Assembly: GCF_006345805.1 (NCBI RefSeq)
Contig: NC_043016.1
Coordinates: 20,212,001-20,276,000 of the forward strand
Direction: 5' to 3'
Source: Octopus sinensis
Taxonomy: Eukaryota
Length of the DNA stretch: 64,000 bases
Part shown: positions 50,216 through 63,062 of the stretch, piece by piece
Numbering within the stretch: the first letter of the stretch is position 1
Layout of the letters: every line of letters starts with the position of its first letter
The notes under the pieces: model-generated
Databases searched by the model: none
What the model saw: only the letters and a program-made list of their open reading frames with translations
Told to the model about the DNA's origin: nothing
Position numbers and translations under genes: made by a program

Positions 50216-50299
50216 ACAGAGTGCAATGGGTAAATTTTTGCCATTTTATATTTTTTATTTTGTGCATCCGCATTGCTTGTTTTTGATTATGTCGATGAC

Positions 50300-51334
50300 A
50301 CTGAACAGTAGAGTCAGTTGGGCACTGTCTGTGACAAAAACAGCACCATGATACAATTCGCTCTGCCAGAAATTTGGAAACAACATGCTGCGCTGCTTGG
50401 AATCCATGCTGGAAGCTCCAATATGAAAATTTTAGAATGTTTGGGTGTAAATCTGAGAACAGTGCAATCTGAGGACATGTACTGAGAGTGATAAAAATCA
50501 AACACCCAGTCAACATCATGGTGTTTGGAGTGATAACTAGTGATGGTGACATTATACCTATTTCTTTACTACCCACAAGGGGCTAAACAGAGGGGACAAA
50601 CAAGGACAGACAAACAGATCAAATCGATTACATTGACTCCAGTGTGAAACTGGTACTTAATTTATCGACCCCGAAAGGATGAGAGGCAAAGTCGACCTCG
50701 GTGGAATTTGAACTCAGAACGTAATGGCAGACGAAATACGGCTACGCATTTCGCCTGGCGTGCTAATGTTTCTGCCAGCTTGCCACCGTATGTGACATTA
50801 TACCACCATTCATCTTACCACATAGCCTCAGGCTTAACACAGAGGCATACATCAAGTACCTGAAGGAGGTAGTGCTGCCCTGGGTCAAGAGACTGCTGGA
50901 AGACCCTATGTTTGGCAACAGGGCTCTACATCATGCTACACAAGGAAGAGAACCCAGACATGGCTGTCAGACAATTTCTGTGACCACATCACCCCTGACA
51001 TCTGGCCACCTAACTCCCCAGAGTGCAACTCCCCTTGATTATTATGTGTGGGGCACAGTTGAGTGAGAGACCAACAAAACTCCTTGTAACACCAAAGATG
51101 AACTAAAAGCAAGGATTATGGCAGCATTCATCAACTTAAGAAGACTGTCCAGAAGAGTTGCAGGAGATTCTGAAGTCGTCTGGAGGGTGTGGTTGAAGCC
51201 TATGGCAATTTTATTGAATAAATTTACTCTAGTATTTCAAGATATTTTTATGCAATTTTGGTAAATATATCTGTTAAAATGAGAGATGTCAGAGTTATTT
51301 TCATTTTTGATAATTTAGACAGTTCATTCATCAC

Positions 51335-51340
<6 letters not shown>
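50300..51340 (+). mobile_element. maT/DD37D-type Tc1-mariner remnant interrupted by a family-A SINE (50559-50791)
   Basis: KHPVNIMVFGVITSDGDII, WPPNSPECN.LDYYVWGTVE, NTKDELKARI; SINE TSD gtgacattatacc (50546-50558 / 50792-50804). Confidence 0.85.
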
Positions 51341-51387
<47 letters not shown>

Positions 51388-51422
51388 GTAAATGTAATAT
51401 GTGACAATTATTCGGTAGGCAA

Positions 51423-51483
51423 GATAAAACTCCGAGTTTCGGATGCCAAGGTGGAAATCCATGCCACCATCTCTTCAGTTATC
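51423..51483 (-). ncRNA. Type I hammerhead ribozyme (left arm)
   Basis: Minus strand GATAA-CTGAAGA-GATG..CATC-C-GAAA-CTCGGA-GTT|TTATC. Confidence 0.72.
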
Positions 51484-52682
51484 CGGCCATCGGAAAAACG
51501 CTATGAAAAATGACTGTTATACAAAGGGAAATTACTTTGTTATTGACCGCTATTTAGACAAAAGAGCTATTCGAATGACCGCTAAGTAAGGTAAGGGGGT
51601 AAAAAGTTCATAGTATTCGCGTAAGCATGCCTGTTCATACCTACACATGTGCGCCTACACATCCATGTGCATACGCATACATTCATTCACCCTCACTTGA
51701 AAAACATACATATCCTCACTCGCATCCTTCGTTAAATGTATATGCATATACATACAAACCCACACACACGCACCATAAAGTTCATACATACATCTACATA
51801 TGCACAAGCACAAGAAAAAATAGGGTTAAGGGTAGCAATACAGAAAAAAGGCATAAGGGAGTATACAAAGAGATAAACCATGTTTATATACGCACATACC
51901 CTTATGCACACACACATGCCCATATATGTACATACCTGCACACGTCTATATATGCACACACAAGCATGCACAAAAAGGATTATACATACGTCTAACACAA
52001 AAAAATCCCCAACCTAAGGGCAAAAATACAGGAAAATGTGTAAAAACACTGAGTAAAATATGTCTATATATGCACGTGCTCACATGCATGCAAACATCTA
52101 TATACACACATACCCACACACGCACACACAAAGGATTCCACATACATGTCTATATACACACAGGAAAAAATGCAGGGAGGGAGGTAGAGTACAGAAAAAA
52201 ATTATGTGTAAAAAAATATATAAGCAATAAACCTATAAACCAAATTCTCTATAATATATAAGAAATATGTGTATAAAAAATATAAATAAAATAAAAAAAA
52301 TTATAAGAAATATAAGTAAAAAGTATAAAGAGATAAATAACTTGTATGTGGACACAATATAGAAAGCAAGTTCTATTTGTAGTCGCAGGGGGAACAAAAA
52401 CGTAACAAAATTTGGCCACATATGGGCATGATCCGAAAAGTTCTGTCTTTGAATTCAGACATGTAGCGGGGTCTAAGCTGCCTTTCCAGATGAGCCATCT
52501 TTCCATATCACAGAGACCGCACATGGGTGTGCAGGCACACATGTGTAGGTATGAACAGGCATGCTTACGCGAATACTATGAACTTTATACCCCCTTACCT
52601 TACTTAGCGGTCATTCGAATAGCTCTTTTATCTAAATAGTGGTCAATAACGGTCATTTTTCATAGCGTTTTTCTGATGGCTG

Positions 52683-52743
52683 GATAACTGAAGAGATGGT
52701 GGCATGGATTTCCACCTCGGCATCCGAAACTTCGAGTTTTATC
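52683..52743 (+). ncRNA. Type I hammerhead ribozyme (right arm)
   Basis: GATAA-CTGAAGA-GATG-GTGG..CCAC..CATC-C-GAAA-CTTCGA-GTT|TTATC; stem I can extend via gatggc/gctatc. Confidence 0.75.
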
Positions 52744-52952
52744 TTGGCTATCGAATAATTATCACATATTACATTTACAGATAAATTCCTCTATATACGT
52801 AATATCGAGGTCTCTTTCTTTCTTTTGTTATCTTACCATTTTTATCAATATATATATAATTAAATTATAAGGGTAGAAATTGATGTTAACCAATTAAAAC
52901 CAGTGGCTTAGCATATTTAAAAATCCGAAAATTAAAAATTGTGTTACATACA

Positions 52953-53202
52953 AAATTATGAGGAATGACCACTAAAGTGGACACCCTATATGCTAAACAT
53001 AGATGCCAAATTGCCATTACTACGAAGAATGTGTTCTCAAGAAAAAAATCTCAACAAAACACCAAAATGCAAAAATGTCTTGCTCATTTTTGCATTTTGC
53101 TAAGATTTTTTTCTTGAGAACATACTCTTTGTGGTAATGGTGATTTGACGTCTATGTTTAGCATATAGGGTGTCCACTTTAGTGGTCATTCCTCTTAATT
53201 TT
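52953..53202. repeat. ~250-bp foldback palindrome with a 7-nt loop
   Basis: gaggaatgaccactaaagtggacaccctatatgctaaacataga and downstream sequence mirrored around the loop tcttgct (53078-53084). Confidence 0.95.
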
Positions 53203-53227
53203 CTGTGTGTATATATATATATATATA

Positions 53228-53616
53228 TACTCTTTTACTTGTTTCAGTCATTTGACTGCGGCCATGCTGGAGCACTGCCTTTAGTCGAGCAAATCGACCC
53301 CGGGACTTATTCTTTGTAAGCCCAGTACTTATTCTATCGGTATCTTTTGCCGAACCGCTAAGTGACGGGGACGTAAACACACCAGCATCGGTTGTCAAGC
53401 AATGCTAGGGAGACAAACACAGACACACTAACACACACACACATACATACATATACATATATACGACAGGCTTCTTTCAGTTTCCGTCTACCAAATCCCC
53501 TCACAAGGCATTGGTTGGCCCGGGGTTATAGCAGAAGACACTTGCCCAAGATGCCTCGCAGTGGGACTGAACCCGGTTGGTTAGCAAGCTACTTACCACA
53601 CAGCCACTCCTGCGCC
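53228..53616 (-). mobile_element. Family-B SINE, full length
   Basis: Matches 16711-17131. Confidence 0.92.
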
Positions 53617-53692
53617 TCCTATTATATATTATATATAATATATATTATATATATATAATATACACACACACACACACACACATAAAATCATC

Positions 53693-53975
53693 ATTATCAT
53701 CATTCAACGTTTTATCTTCCATGCTGGCATGGATTGGACAGTTTGACAGGAGCTGGTAAGCTAGAGGACTGTGTCAGACTCCACTATCACCTTTCATGTG
53801 CTTTTTTACAGCTGGATGCCTTTTGTAACACCAACTACTTTACAGAATGGATTGGGTGCTTTTCCCATGATGCCAGCAGTGGGAAGGTTTGCTTTGGCAC
53901 AATTTTCATGGCTGGATGCCCTTTGTAAAGCCAACCACTTCTTATGTGACACCAGCACCAGTGAGGTCATCAAGT
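53693..53975 (-). mobile_element. Old RTE 3' tail copy
   Basis: ttccatgctggcatggattggacag..cagctggatgccttttgtaacaccaactac. Confidence 0.7.
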
Positions 53976-54489
53976 AACTGGGTGGCATTGAAAGAGGGAA
54001 CTTTGTACAAAGTGTAGAGTATGACAGAGGGACAAAAACAGGTGTCTTGCTGTAGAAGAGATGCATGGTCACTCTCTGGTCACAGACAAAGAGAGAGGGA
54101 GGGTAGGGTGGGAGAGAAAGAGAATGAGTGAGGGAAAGAGTGAAAATGAGAGAGTGCAAGTGTGAGAGTAAGAAAGCAAGAGAGAGCGAGAGTGATGGTG
54201 GAAATGTGCCAGGAAGGACTCTTAAGGTAACAAAGATGTGAATATAGTCGGGATGGTAGAGGGTTGTTCAGGGTGCATGAGTAGGGAGTTCATGTGAATG
54301 CAAAAGGGGTGGGGAAATGCAGTGACTAGGGAGGGAACCATAGGATAGAAATGATACAGCTGGAAAGGGCAGGGAGGACAGGATTAGGCTGCGGGAGTGG
54401 GGAGGGGGAGATAAGCACAGTTACATGAAGAGGGGATGTAGTATGGTTTATTGGGGTAGGACACGTGTGAAAAATTTAATGTTACATAT

Positions 54490-54645
54490 GGGTTTATGGT
54501 AGGGGTAATATAAGCTAAATTCTAATGCTAATTTTCACAGGTGATAAATTATAGTTTTTAAATTGAGCTTTTTAGGTATGCTCAATGCCCAGCTTTGAGC
54601 CTCCTAGTTGATGCAAAGAGAGTATCATCCCTAATATAGATATCA
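54490..54645 (-). mobile_element. Second copy of the PLE RT fragment at 45115-45275
   Basis: ggtatgctcaatgcccagctttgagcctcctagttgatgcaaagagagtatcatccctaatatagatatc is identical in both copies. Confidence 0.85.
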
Positions 54646-54689
54646 TACAGCGTTTCCAGAACTCAGTTTCACTAAAGTGAGCATGTCTT

Positions 54690-56560
54690 CTCTATTTCAA
54701 TACATTGGCCATACAGGCCTTACATAGAGAGAGGAAGCTGCGGGCTGGGTATAGACATAATGTTATATGAAATGAAAAATGAAAATGATGATTAATGAGG
54801 GCAACAAGCGATTCCCACTGATTGTTGTTTCCCAAGAACATTGATCTCTTATAATTCATTCATGAGGCAACAAACCTCTTACACTGTTCACAATATTCAA
54901 TAACAAAATGAGGCACGAAGCCTCTTACCTTTTTTTCCCAACTAGGCACCTTGCCTCATTCAAGCACCTGGACGGTGCCAAGTCGGGCCACTTCAACATA
55001 AACCTAAATATATCCTCGGGGAAGGAGTTCATTACCCTGCACAAGTCGATTTTCCATATGATCTCTGCAGCCACCTGCATAGGCCAATCAGGGTCCTCAG
55101 TGCAGGATAGAATCCTTTCCCTCCAGCCTTTTTTTAAAAAAATTCTTCACGAAGTTTTCTAACGTCCTCCCTTATGGAAGAAGATTACAAATTCCTCATC
55201 CAATGCATAGGAAGGGGCCACAGTTTCCTCCGTCGGTGGCACAATTCTCACCACTGAGGTTTCAGGACATGCTGGCAGTGTGTTACGAACCACTAGCAAT
55301 GTCCTGTTTTTCTTTTTCTTTTTTTTCCTTGAGCCATGGGAGGGTGAAGTTCTGTTTTGTCCAGAAGATTTTCCTTCCCTCCCGCAGCCTTTGGATCCTT
55401 CATTGTTGCCCACCTTTTTTTCTTCCCTTTTTTTAAAGGAGGTCTCCACCTCCTCGACTGCCTCCATCTCTCCCTCCAAAGGGGGAGGGGGATGCTACTT
55501 TTAATAACTGTTCCAGGACCTTACCTTGGTCCTGGGGACAATTCTTTTTAATGTGACCTGGTTCTAGGCACAGGTGACACTTGGCGTGGCGTCCCTCAAG
55601 AATCACTGGGTACCTGCACCTGGCCATTTTCAAAAAATCTGGAAAAACCAGATTCTTGGCTGATTGGGTCCACAGGGTCAAAACAGCCTTTGATCTAACC
55701 TAATCAGCCGCAAGCAAAATTTTCACATTGAGGAGCTTGGCTCCACTGTTACCCAGACCCTGGCAGATAGTCTCTTCTATCCACTCGGGTCCTATCCCGG
55801 ATGGCAACCCACAGAGCCATACTCTTGTCAACTTCTTCCCACAATATGTGGGAAGAAACAAAATCTCTTTGCCCTCTAAGGGCTGGCTCATAAATTTGCA
55901 AGCCCCCTCAGGGGTGTCAAATAGCAACCACACTGTTGCATATTTGACCTCCCCTGGAGATGAATTTAATAACAGTCTTTTGAAATAGGGCGACAATGTC
56001 GTGTAAGTCCTCAACACCACTGTCCTCTCTTTAAAGTCTTCCATCCATTGTTTGGGTGGGACAATTTCCCACTCCAAAACATTGTCCTTTTTTTTTACCA
56101 TGTTTTTTTTTGTAATAAAAAGTTCAAAAACATTTCAAGATGAAAAATTCAAAAAAAGAAGGAAAAAAATGAAAGAAATCAAAAGAAAGTCACAACAAAA
56201 AGGAAGGAAGAAAAAAGAAAACAGTTCAAGAAAAAAGAAAGTCACAAAAAAGATAGAAGGAAAGAAAACAGTCTACAGTTCAAAAAAGAAAGCAAACAAA
56301 AAAATCTTCTGGCCACTCGGTAATCCAGGCCTATTTGGTTATCCAATTCGAACCCAGAATGCCACAACTGGAACACAGCTTCCACAAAAATTGGTAAAGA
56401 AGTTGTTCTATCTTCGGAGAATTCTCACAATTATTTGAAGAAAAAAAAAACCATTCACTTTAAGTGAACCAATTTTTGGAGGTGAGAAACACCCTCAAAA
56501 CAATGATTCTCACAATTAAATGAGAATAAAAACTATTCACTTAACGTGAACCAATTTTGC
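54690..56560 (-). mobile_element. L1/Tx1-like LINE 5' UTR and ORF1 (CCHC knuckle), no ORF2 seen
   Basis: ORFs 55700-56101 and 55433-55681 contain PVILEGRHAKCHLCLEPGHIKKNCP (CX2CX4HX4C) and are preceded by a T-rich leader. Confidence 0.65.
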
Positions 56561-56769
56561 CCAACTGTAGGCAGACCAGAGTTCAGAATCCAGTGAGGAC
56601 TTCTTGTTTGTACAAAAATAATTACAGCAAACAACAAACCTCAACTGGACCCAAAAAACAAAAGTCTTACCTTACAGTTGAGCTTCTTTTTCATTCAATA
56701 TTTCGCCAGCTCTACACCAGCGTGGTGACTTCTTTCAGTGGTACGAACAACACTGACAACAACTCATGC

Positions 56770-56995
56770 GTGGGAAGCAAGCATGTCTTCTCATAAACAT
56801 GCTTCTCAAGAACCTCATATTGTCAGACATCTCTTCCATGAGGCCCAACATCTTGAAATCAGCCTTCACTACTTCATCCTATGTTCTCCCTCATCCACAG
56901 GTGTCATCCACCTTAAGCGATCAACATTTCTTTATACAGCTTGTCTTCATTTATACACATCACATGTCCAAACTAATGTATCTTCTCTCTTAAAG
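56770..56995 (-). mobile_element. Old RTE ORF C-terminus
   Basis: FGHVMC.NED..LKVDDTCG..WDEVVKADFKMLGL resembles the end of ORF 7703-8599. Confidence 0.7.
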
Positions 56996-56999
56996 GTGC

Positions 57000-57295
57000 T
57001 TGACTTAGTGGTTAGGGTTTTGGCTCACTTTTGTAAGGTCATGAGTTCAATTCCCGGTGGCACATTGTGTGCTTGAGCAAGACACTTTATTTCACATTGC
57101 TCCAGTCCACTGAGCTGTCTTTCAAAGGGCCACCTTATCACATTCTGTGTCTTGCTGAATCTCCCTGAGAACTATGTTAAGGGCACGTGTGTCTGTGGAG
57201 TGCTCAGCTACTGGCATGTTAATTTTATGAGCAGGCTGTTCCATTGATCAGATCAACTGGAATCCTTATAATTATAACCGACAGATTACCAGTTT
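57000..57295 (+). mobile_element. Family-D SINE (old, internally shortened)
   Basis: 3' half matches 63403-63785 (gagaactatgttaagggc..gagcaggctgttcc.ttgatc.gatcaac). Confidence 0.8.
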
Positions 57296-58238
57296 ATTTT
57301 TTTCTTTAGTCTTGCATGCTCTTATGCCCAACATTTTCCCTCAACACATTTCCACTTGTCATACATGCACACTTATGTTGCACATCTATCAGAGGATACT
57401 ATTCTATATGTCTTCTGCATTCAGAGCCTATGTTTTACTACCATTGAGCATAGCCATTCATACACAAGCATCATACAATCTGTTTATAAAGATGAGTTTG
57501 ATAATCTTATTTGTTTTCAAATGATCTATAAGAATCTCCATGTAGGTGTGAGAAAACTTTAATAAAACAAATTGAATTAGAACTTACTCATGTTTTCAAC
57601 ATATTTGTGTGTTTTAGTAATTACCTTTCTATAGATTTAAAACAAAAAATAATTTTTAATCAAACTTACCAATGATTTTTATTTTACTTTTATATAAACT
57701 ATACATTACTATGATACCAGTCCGATTGACCTCAGAGCAATGAAAGGTTAAATTAAATTTGGCAGTACAAAAGCTTTGAGAGCAATAATTTTAAAATAGC
57801 TTCTCTCTCTACTGTGCAGTAGGAACAACAATGTTGCTGCACACTGTAATCCTTGTATAATTGTTCTGCAGATTGATTATAAATAAAATTCTTACCTTAG
57901 TTTACATTATGGAGGGTGGGGTGTAACTAGACACTGAAATCTTGAAAGAATTTTAACAAATAAGAGTACAGATATAAATACATAATAAAAATAATGTTAG
58001 CTAAATGGAAAATAAATAAAGCAGCATTTTAAATATTACTTGTATAATAATAAATATTTTATTTGCATGCTAATTATTACTTCATATTGTAGTCCAACCC
58101 ATGCTAGCATGGAAAGCGGACGTTAAACGATGATGATGATGATGATGATGATGTAGGAAAGCCACAATGAAGATGCAAACAACTTACTTTAGTACCAAGT
58201 CAGCTAGTCAAAATTGTTAAAAAAAAAATACTCAAATA

Positions 58239-58670
58239 GGCGCAGGAGTGGCTGTGTGGTAAGTAGCTTGCGCAGGAGTGGCTGTGTGGTAAGTAGCTTG
58301 CTTACCAACCACATGGTTCTGTGTTCAGTCCCACTGCATGGCATCTTGGGCAAGAGTCTTCTACTATAGCCTCGGGCCGACCAAAGCCTTATGAGTGGAT
58401 TTGGTAGATGGAAACTGAAAGAAGCCCGTCATATATATGTATATATATATGTGTGTGTGTGTATGTTTGTGTGTCTGTGTTTGTTCCCCTAGCATTGCTT
58501 GACAACCGATGCTGGTGTGTTTACGTCGCCGTCACTTAGCGATTCGGCAAAAGAGACCGATAGAATAAGTACTGGGCTTACAAAGAATAAGTCCTGGGGT
58601 CGATTTGCTCGACTAAAGGTGGTGCTCCAGCATGGCCGCAGTTAAATGACTGAAACAAGTAAAAGAGTAA
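58239..58670 (+). mobile_element. Family-B SINE with duplicated 30-bp 5' end
   Basis: gcgcaggagtggctgtgtggtaagtagctt occurs at 58240-58269 and 58270-58299. Confidence 0.93.
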
Positions 58671-59199
58671 ACATTTCATCAAACCAAAACTTTCTAAGTG
58701 GAAATTTAAAATTAAAATAAACCTGATCTAAAAAATTTTTTAATCATAAACTGTTTAGATGAAAAAATATAAAATAAATTTATTCTAATTAGAATTTAAT
58801 TTTTAAGAGGTATGAAAAAGTAGTTTCCAATTTAAAAATAGAATAAAATTAAAATTTTATTTCTTGGTACTACACACACACAGAAGGAAATGTTGCCCAT
58901 TAATGTACTAAAGAATTAAGTTTGCTTCCTTATTTCCATTGTTGTTGCAACCCAGTCACTAATTCTAGCATACTGCTATCCACAACTGTTGTTAAATTTA
59001 GAAAAAAATATATTTGATTCTGATCTATATCTTCTGGCACATTTGTTTACCACCATCTTTCATAATTCCTACATTAACTGATTGTAATTTCTTGTCCAAT
59101 CCAAATTTGAGAAAATACTTGCAGTTAAAATTAAGAATATAAACTTCTTTTAAGATTCAGAAAATAGATGCCAAACAACAAAAATACCACCAGAAACAC

Positions 59200-60050
59200 A
59201 CTTATCCCAAGTCGTGTACATATTTTTAGAGCATCTATCATCAATATTGGCACTGTGAAAGCTAGATTTCGACAGATTGTAAAGATACTAGAGTGGAGGC
59301 AAATAAATGTATGTGAGAACAAGAGACAGGATGGAATGGAATCTCAGTCACACTCCTTATAGGCCGGGAATGCAGGTACAAATTCTTCTGGTTGGTAAAA
59401 GTATTGAAATTGGTAAAAGCAGAGATACTGTTAGCAGAGAAATGGCTTAAGTAACTAAAGTAGCCAGGGTATGTGATAGAATAATTGAGTAATGCAATGG
59501 TAACTGCATATACACCAAAATCAAGACTTCTGATCATAAGCAGGACTATTTCTATGAGGCCCTCAAGCAAATTACCCTAATGACAGACAACAGTAACCTC
59601 ATTATGATGGCTGGTGACTTGAATGACACCATGATAACTATTCCAATGTACATTAGGGATTTTGTTATCTTACATGAAATGAAGCAGGACCAAAGAATTT
59701 GGAATTCTGCGATGCAAATGACTTAGAAGAAAGGTATACTTAGCAAAAAAGAAGCATGAAACTCAAAGACATGAAGTATTTTATATCTCAAAGAAGGAGA
59801 ATTGTGGGAACTATGCACTTAATCTCACAAATAAAGTAAAGAATACAGCATGAAGAAGGCCTTTAAGAGGGCACCATGCTCTCAAATTTGGTGGTCATTA
59901 TGAAAACTAGATGTAAATGAATGGCTTACATGAGTAAGCCATGTATGGAGAAGTTGTCAGTGAGTTTAGCAAGGAATTTAGCAAGAAGGCTGGCATCCAT
60001 TATGGCTTGATTTTCAACCCAATGCTGAATCCATGATAAATTAGAGAAAA
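59200..60050 (+). mobile_element. Highly decayed RTE (APE endonuclease and RT traces)
   Basis: NIGTVKAR..QETGW..RYKFFW..LLAEKW..GDLN and EFCDANDL motifs, with stops and deletions. Confidence 0.6.
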
Positions 60051-60159
60051 AGATTTCAAATGTGAAGTCAAACCAAGAATTGAGAAGCATTAAAATAAAC
60101 TTAACAAAAAGAAAATAAAAGAAGACAGGACTCTGCTGTCATCTAGGAAGTGGCCGTGT

Positions 60160-60595
60160 TTACTATGCAGAAAAAGAGAAGGTAGATGGTTTTATAAAGT
60201 TTTTCTTATCTGCTTCCCCTCTGGCTAAATACACCTGCCTCCTAGCTTCCCTTCTGGCAGTCTGATACACTTCCTTGCTACCACCGTTCTTCCAGTCCTT
60301 CCAAGCCTGTTTCTTTTGTCTAATAGCCCTGTCAACAATATTGTTCCACCACCACGTTATTTTGGGTCTTGAGGGGACTTTGCACCAGCCACAGATCTGG
60401 TCAGTGGCTTTCAGCAGGTTGTTCCTCAGAAGCGTCCAGTTGTCTTCTACTCCATGTGTAGCTATACCCCCTTCTATTTCGTCAAAGGCTTCAAGTAACA
60501 TGTCTCTAAATCTCTGTCCATTCGCAGGGTCTTTAAGCTTCCAGACCCTTCTTCTCCATGTTGGTCGTCTTCTAGTCGTCCTCTTAGTCCTGATA
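60160..60595 (-). mobile_element. RTE linker-region fragment
   Basis: WTLLRNNLLKATDQICGWCK..TWWWNNIVDRAIRQKKQAWKDWK..YQTARREARRQVY. Confidence 0.85.
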
Positions 60596-60633
60596 TGTGT
60601 TAAAGAATTTTCTTTGTCTTCTTATCATTTGGC

Positions 60634-60665
<32 letters not shown>

Positions 60666-60879
60666 CATTAGCGATATAGGTACTCATCTAGTACCCTTGT
60701 GTATATATGTACATATTTAATATTGTATGCATATATTTTATTAATTTGCCTGTACGGCTAATAATTCGCTTACCACTTGTGATAGTATTTTAATAATACC
60801 ATCCCTATATTTATATATATATATATATATGTATATGTAATTGTGTCTGAGGAGAGTCATTCTCTTTTAGTACCTTATT

Positions 60880-63031
60880 AATTTAACATCCTCACCGATT
60901 TCCACTCATTTACTTCTTTATTTTTACTAAAATTTTTGTTGCAACTTGCAACCTTTTCAATGGTCATTGACTGTCCATTATCGGAACTGCGTTCTTTTTT
61001 CTATTATTTTTTGTATGCATATGTGTGCATCAGTGTACATGTGCATACACTCATGCATGTATGTGTGTGTATACATGTATGTGTATGCATATATGTAAGT
61101 ATGCATGTATGTGTGTATGCATATATGTAAGTATGCATGTATTCTGCATATCCATGTATTTGTGAGTTCATGTTTGTATGTGTGTGTGTGCTTGTGTTCA
61201 TGTGTGTGTGTGTGTGTGTGTGTGTATGTATTTGTGTGTGTACCTTTGTCTCCTTGTGTGTGCATGTTTGAGTGTGTCTGTGTATGGGTTTGTGTGACTA
61301 TGTATGAGCCTCTGATATGTATGGATGTGTATCTCCATATGTGTCCTTGTGTGTGTATACGGTCATGTGTTTCATTCTTCATTTGTATGTGCGTTTGTGC
61401 CCATCTGTCCATATTTCCTATGTATCTGTATATCTACCTGTCTATCTACCTGTGTTTCCATTTACCCACATATATATGCATACATATATATGTATATTTA
61501 TATACACACATACGCATACACACACCATGACCTAGGTAGATTCTGCTTCATCAGGTCACAGAGGGGAAGATCATACACCATCACCTCAGCAGCAAAGAAA
61601 AGCACTGCAGAGCACTGGAGTGGCTGGACCAAATTCACCCAAAACCTTGAGAACAACAATCAGGTGAAAAGAATGATTGCACATGCAATAGGGGGCTAGC
61701 ATAAGAACCACCTTGAAGAACCACATAGTAAAGTTTAAAAAGAAACTATATATGCAGGTTCAAGGTGTAGGTGTGGTGACCTCTTCATGACTTAGTGGGA
61801 CAGAAAACTAAAGCAATCCTTAGCAGAACAATCCACCACTATTACTTTACTTTACTGTCAGCATGTAGATGACATTAACATTCTAGTTAGGACAGACTCT
61901 AGTAACTGCAATATAGAAACTGAGAGGAGCATAATGGAGAGCATCCAGCATGTAGCTAACTCTATCCATCAAGGGATCAAGATAACTATAGATTACTCCA
62001 CTAGGCACCCTAAGAGCAGACTCCCTGTCCTTGATACTAAACTTTGGGTGGAGACTGTGAACAACAGAGAGCAGCTCCTCCGTTCTTATTACACGAAACC
62101 TATAGCTTCTAAATATGCTTTTCACAAGAACTCAGCTTTGTCACACAACATGAAAATCAGCATACAGATAGCAAATCTAGTTAGGATAATGAACACAATG
62201 TCCCTACTATGTAGACCCTATGAAACAAAGAAGCATGTACAGAACTTCATCATTGCATGCAATTCTCTGGATATGATCAGAAAGATAGGGTTTGGTATGC
62301 AGGGGTGCTAGAAAGAAGTTAGATAGCATTATAAGTAATGAAACCAGTGGTACCTACCCTAGATATAGAAGTCGAGACTGGAATAGAATACAAAGAATTT
62401 GCGACAAAGTAAACAAGGTGAGCACGTGGTATACAAGATCAACAAATATGAAGGAGTGATGTTTGTAGAGGCCATGGAGAATTAGCCTGTAGATTTAGGA
62501 AAGCTCTGAAAGAAGCTAAACTCAACATTAAGATTGTTGAAAAGCCAGGGAACTCCATCAGATAACAACTAAGTAGGACATACCCCTTTGAGAATACCAC
62601 ATGCACCAATGATAACTGCATGGCATTAACTGTAGAACTAGAAATGTAGTGTACAGCATAAGGTGCATAGAGGGTGTTTATCAAGACAAGAACGTAATAT
62701 ACATAGGTGAAACATCTAGGACCATTGCAGGAAGACTAAATGAACATCTGAGACAATATGATAACAAAAACAATCCTGTATACCCTAACAACATGCCAAA
62801 GACCAACATGGAGGCACACTGGGTAAACTTGACTTCTTATCCAAGTATGTGAAGGATCCAACACTCAGACAAGTACAAGAGTATGTCATCATTAATGAAA
62901 CATCCCCAGTACAAAACAGGAAATATACATAGGTGTCATATCCCAATACCCAGTTTATATATACACAATGTTGTTAGTAGGCTATTATATAGGCATGTGT
63001 GTGTCTGTGTGTGCATATGTGTATGTAAATA

Positions 63032-63062
<31 letters not shown>

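Larger units (their letters stand above)
51383..52783 (-). mobile_element. Penelope-like remnant with ~265-290-bp inverted ends, each carrying a hammerhead
   Basis: 51383-51670 is the reverse complement of 52519-52783; internal minus-strand CGLCDMERWLIW..CLNSKTELFGSCPYVAKF is a PLE endonuclease C-terminus. Confidence 0.85.

Noticed and set aside
60845-60870. CTGAGGA-GAG..CTC resembling a hammerhead start
   Set aside because: No GAAA follows; the segment folds as a simple hairpin and is antisense to the PLE arm.
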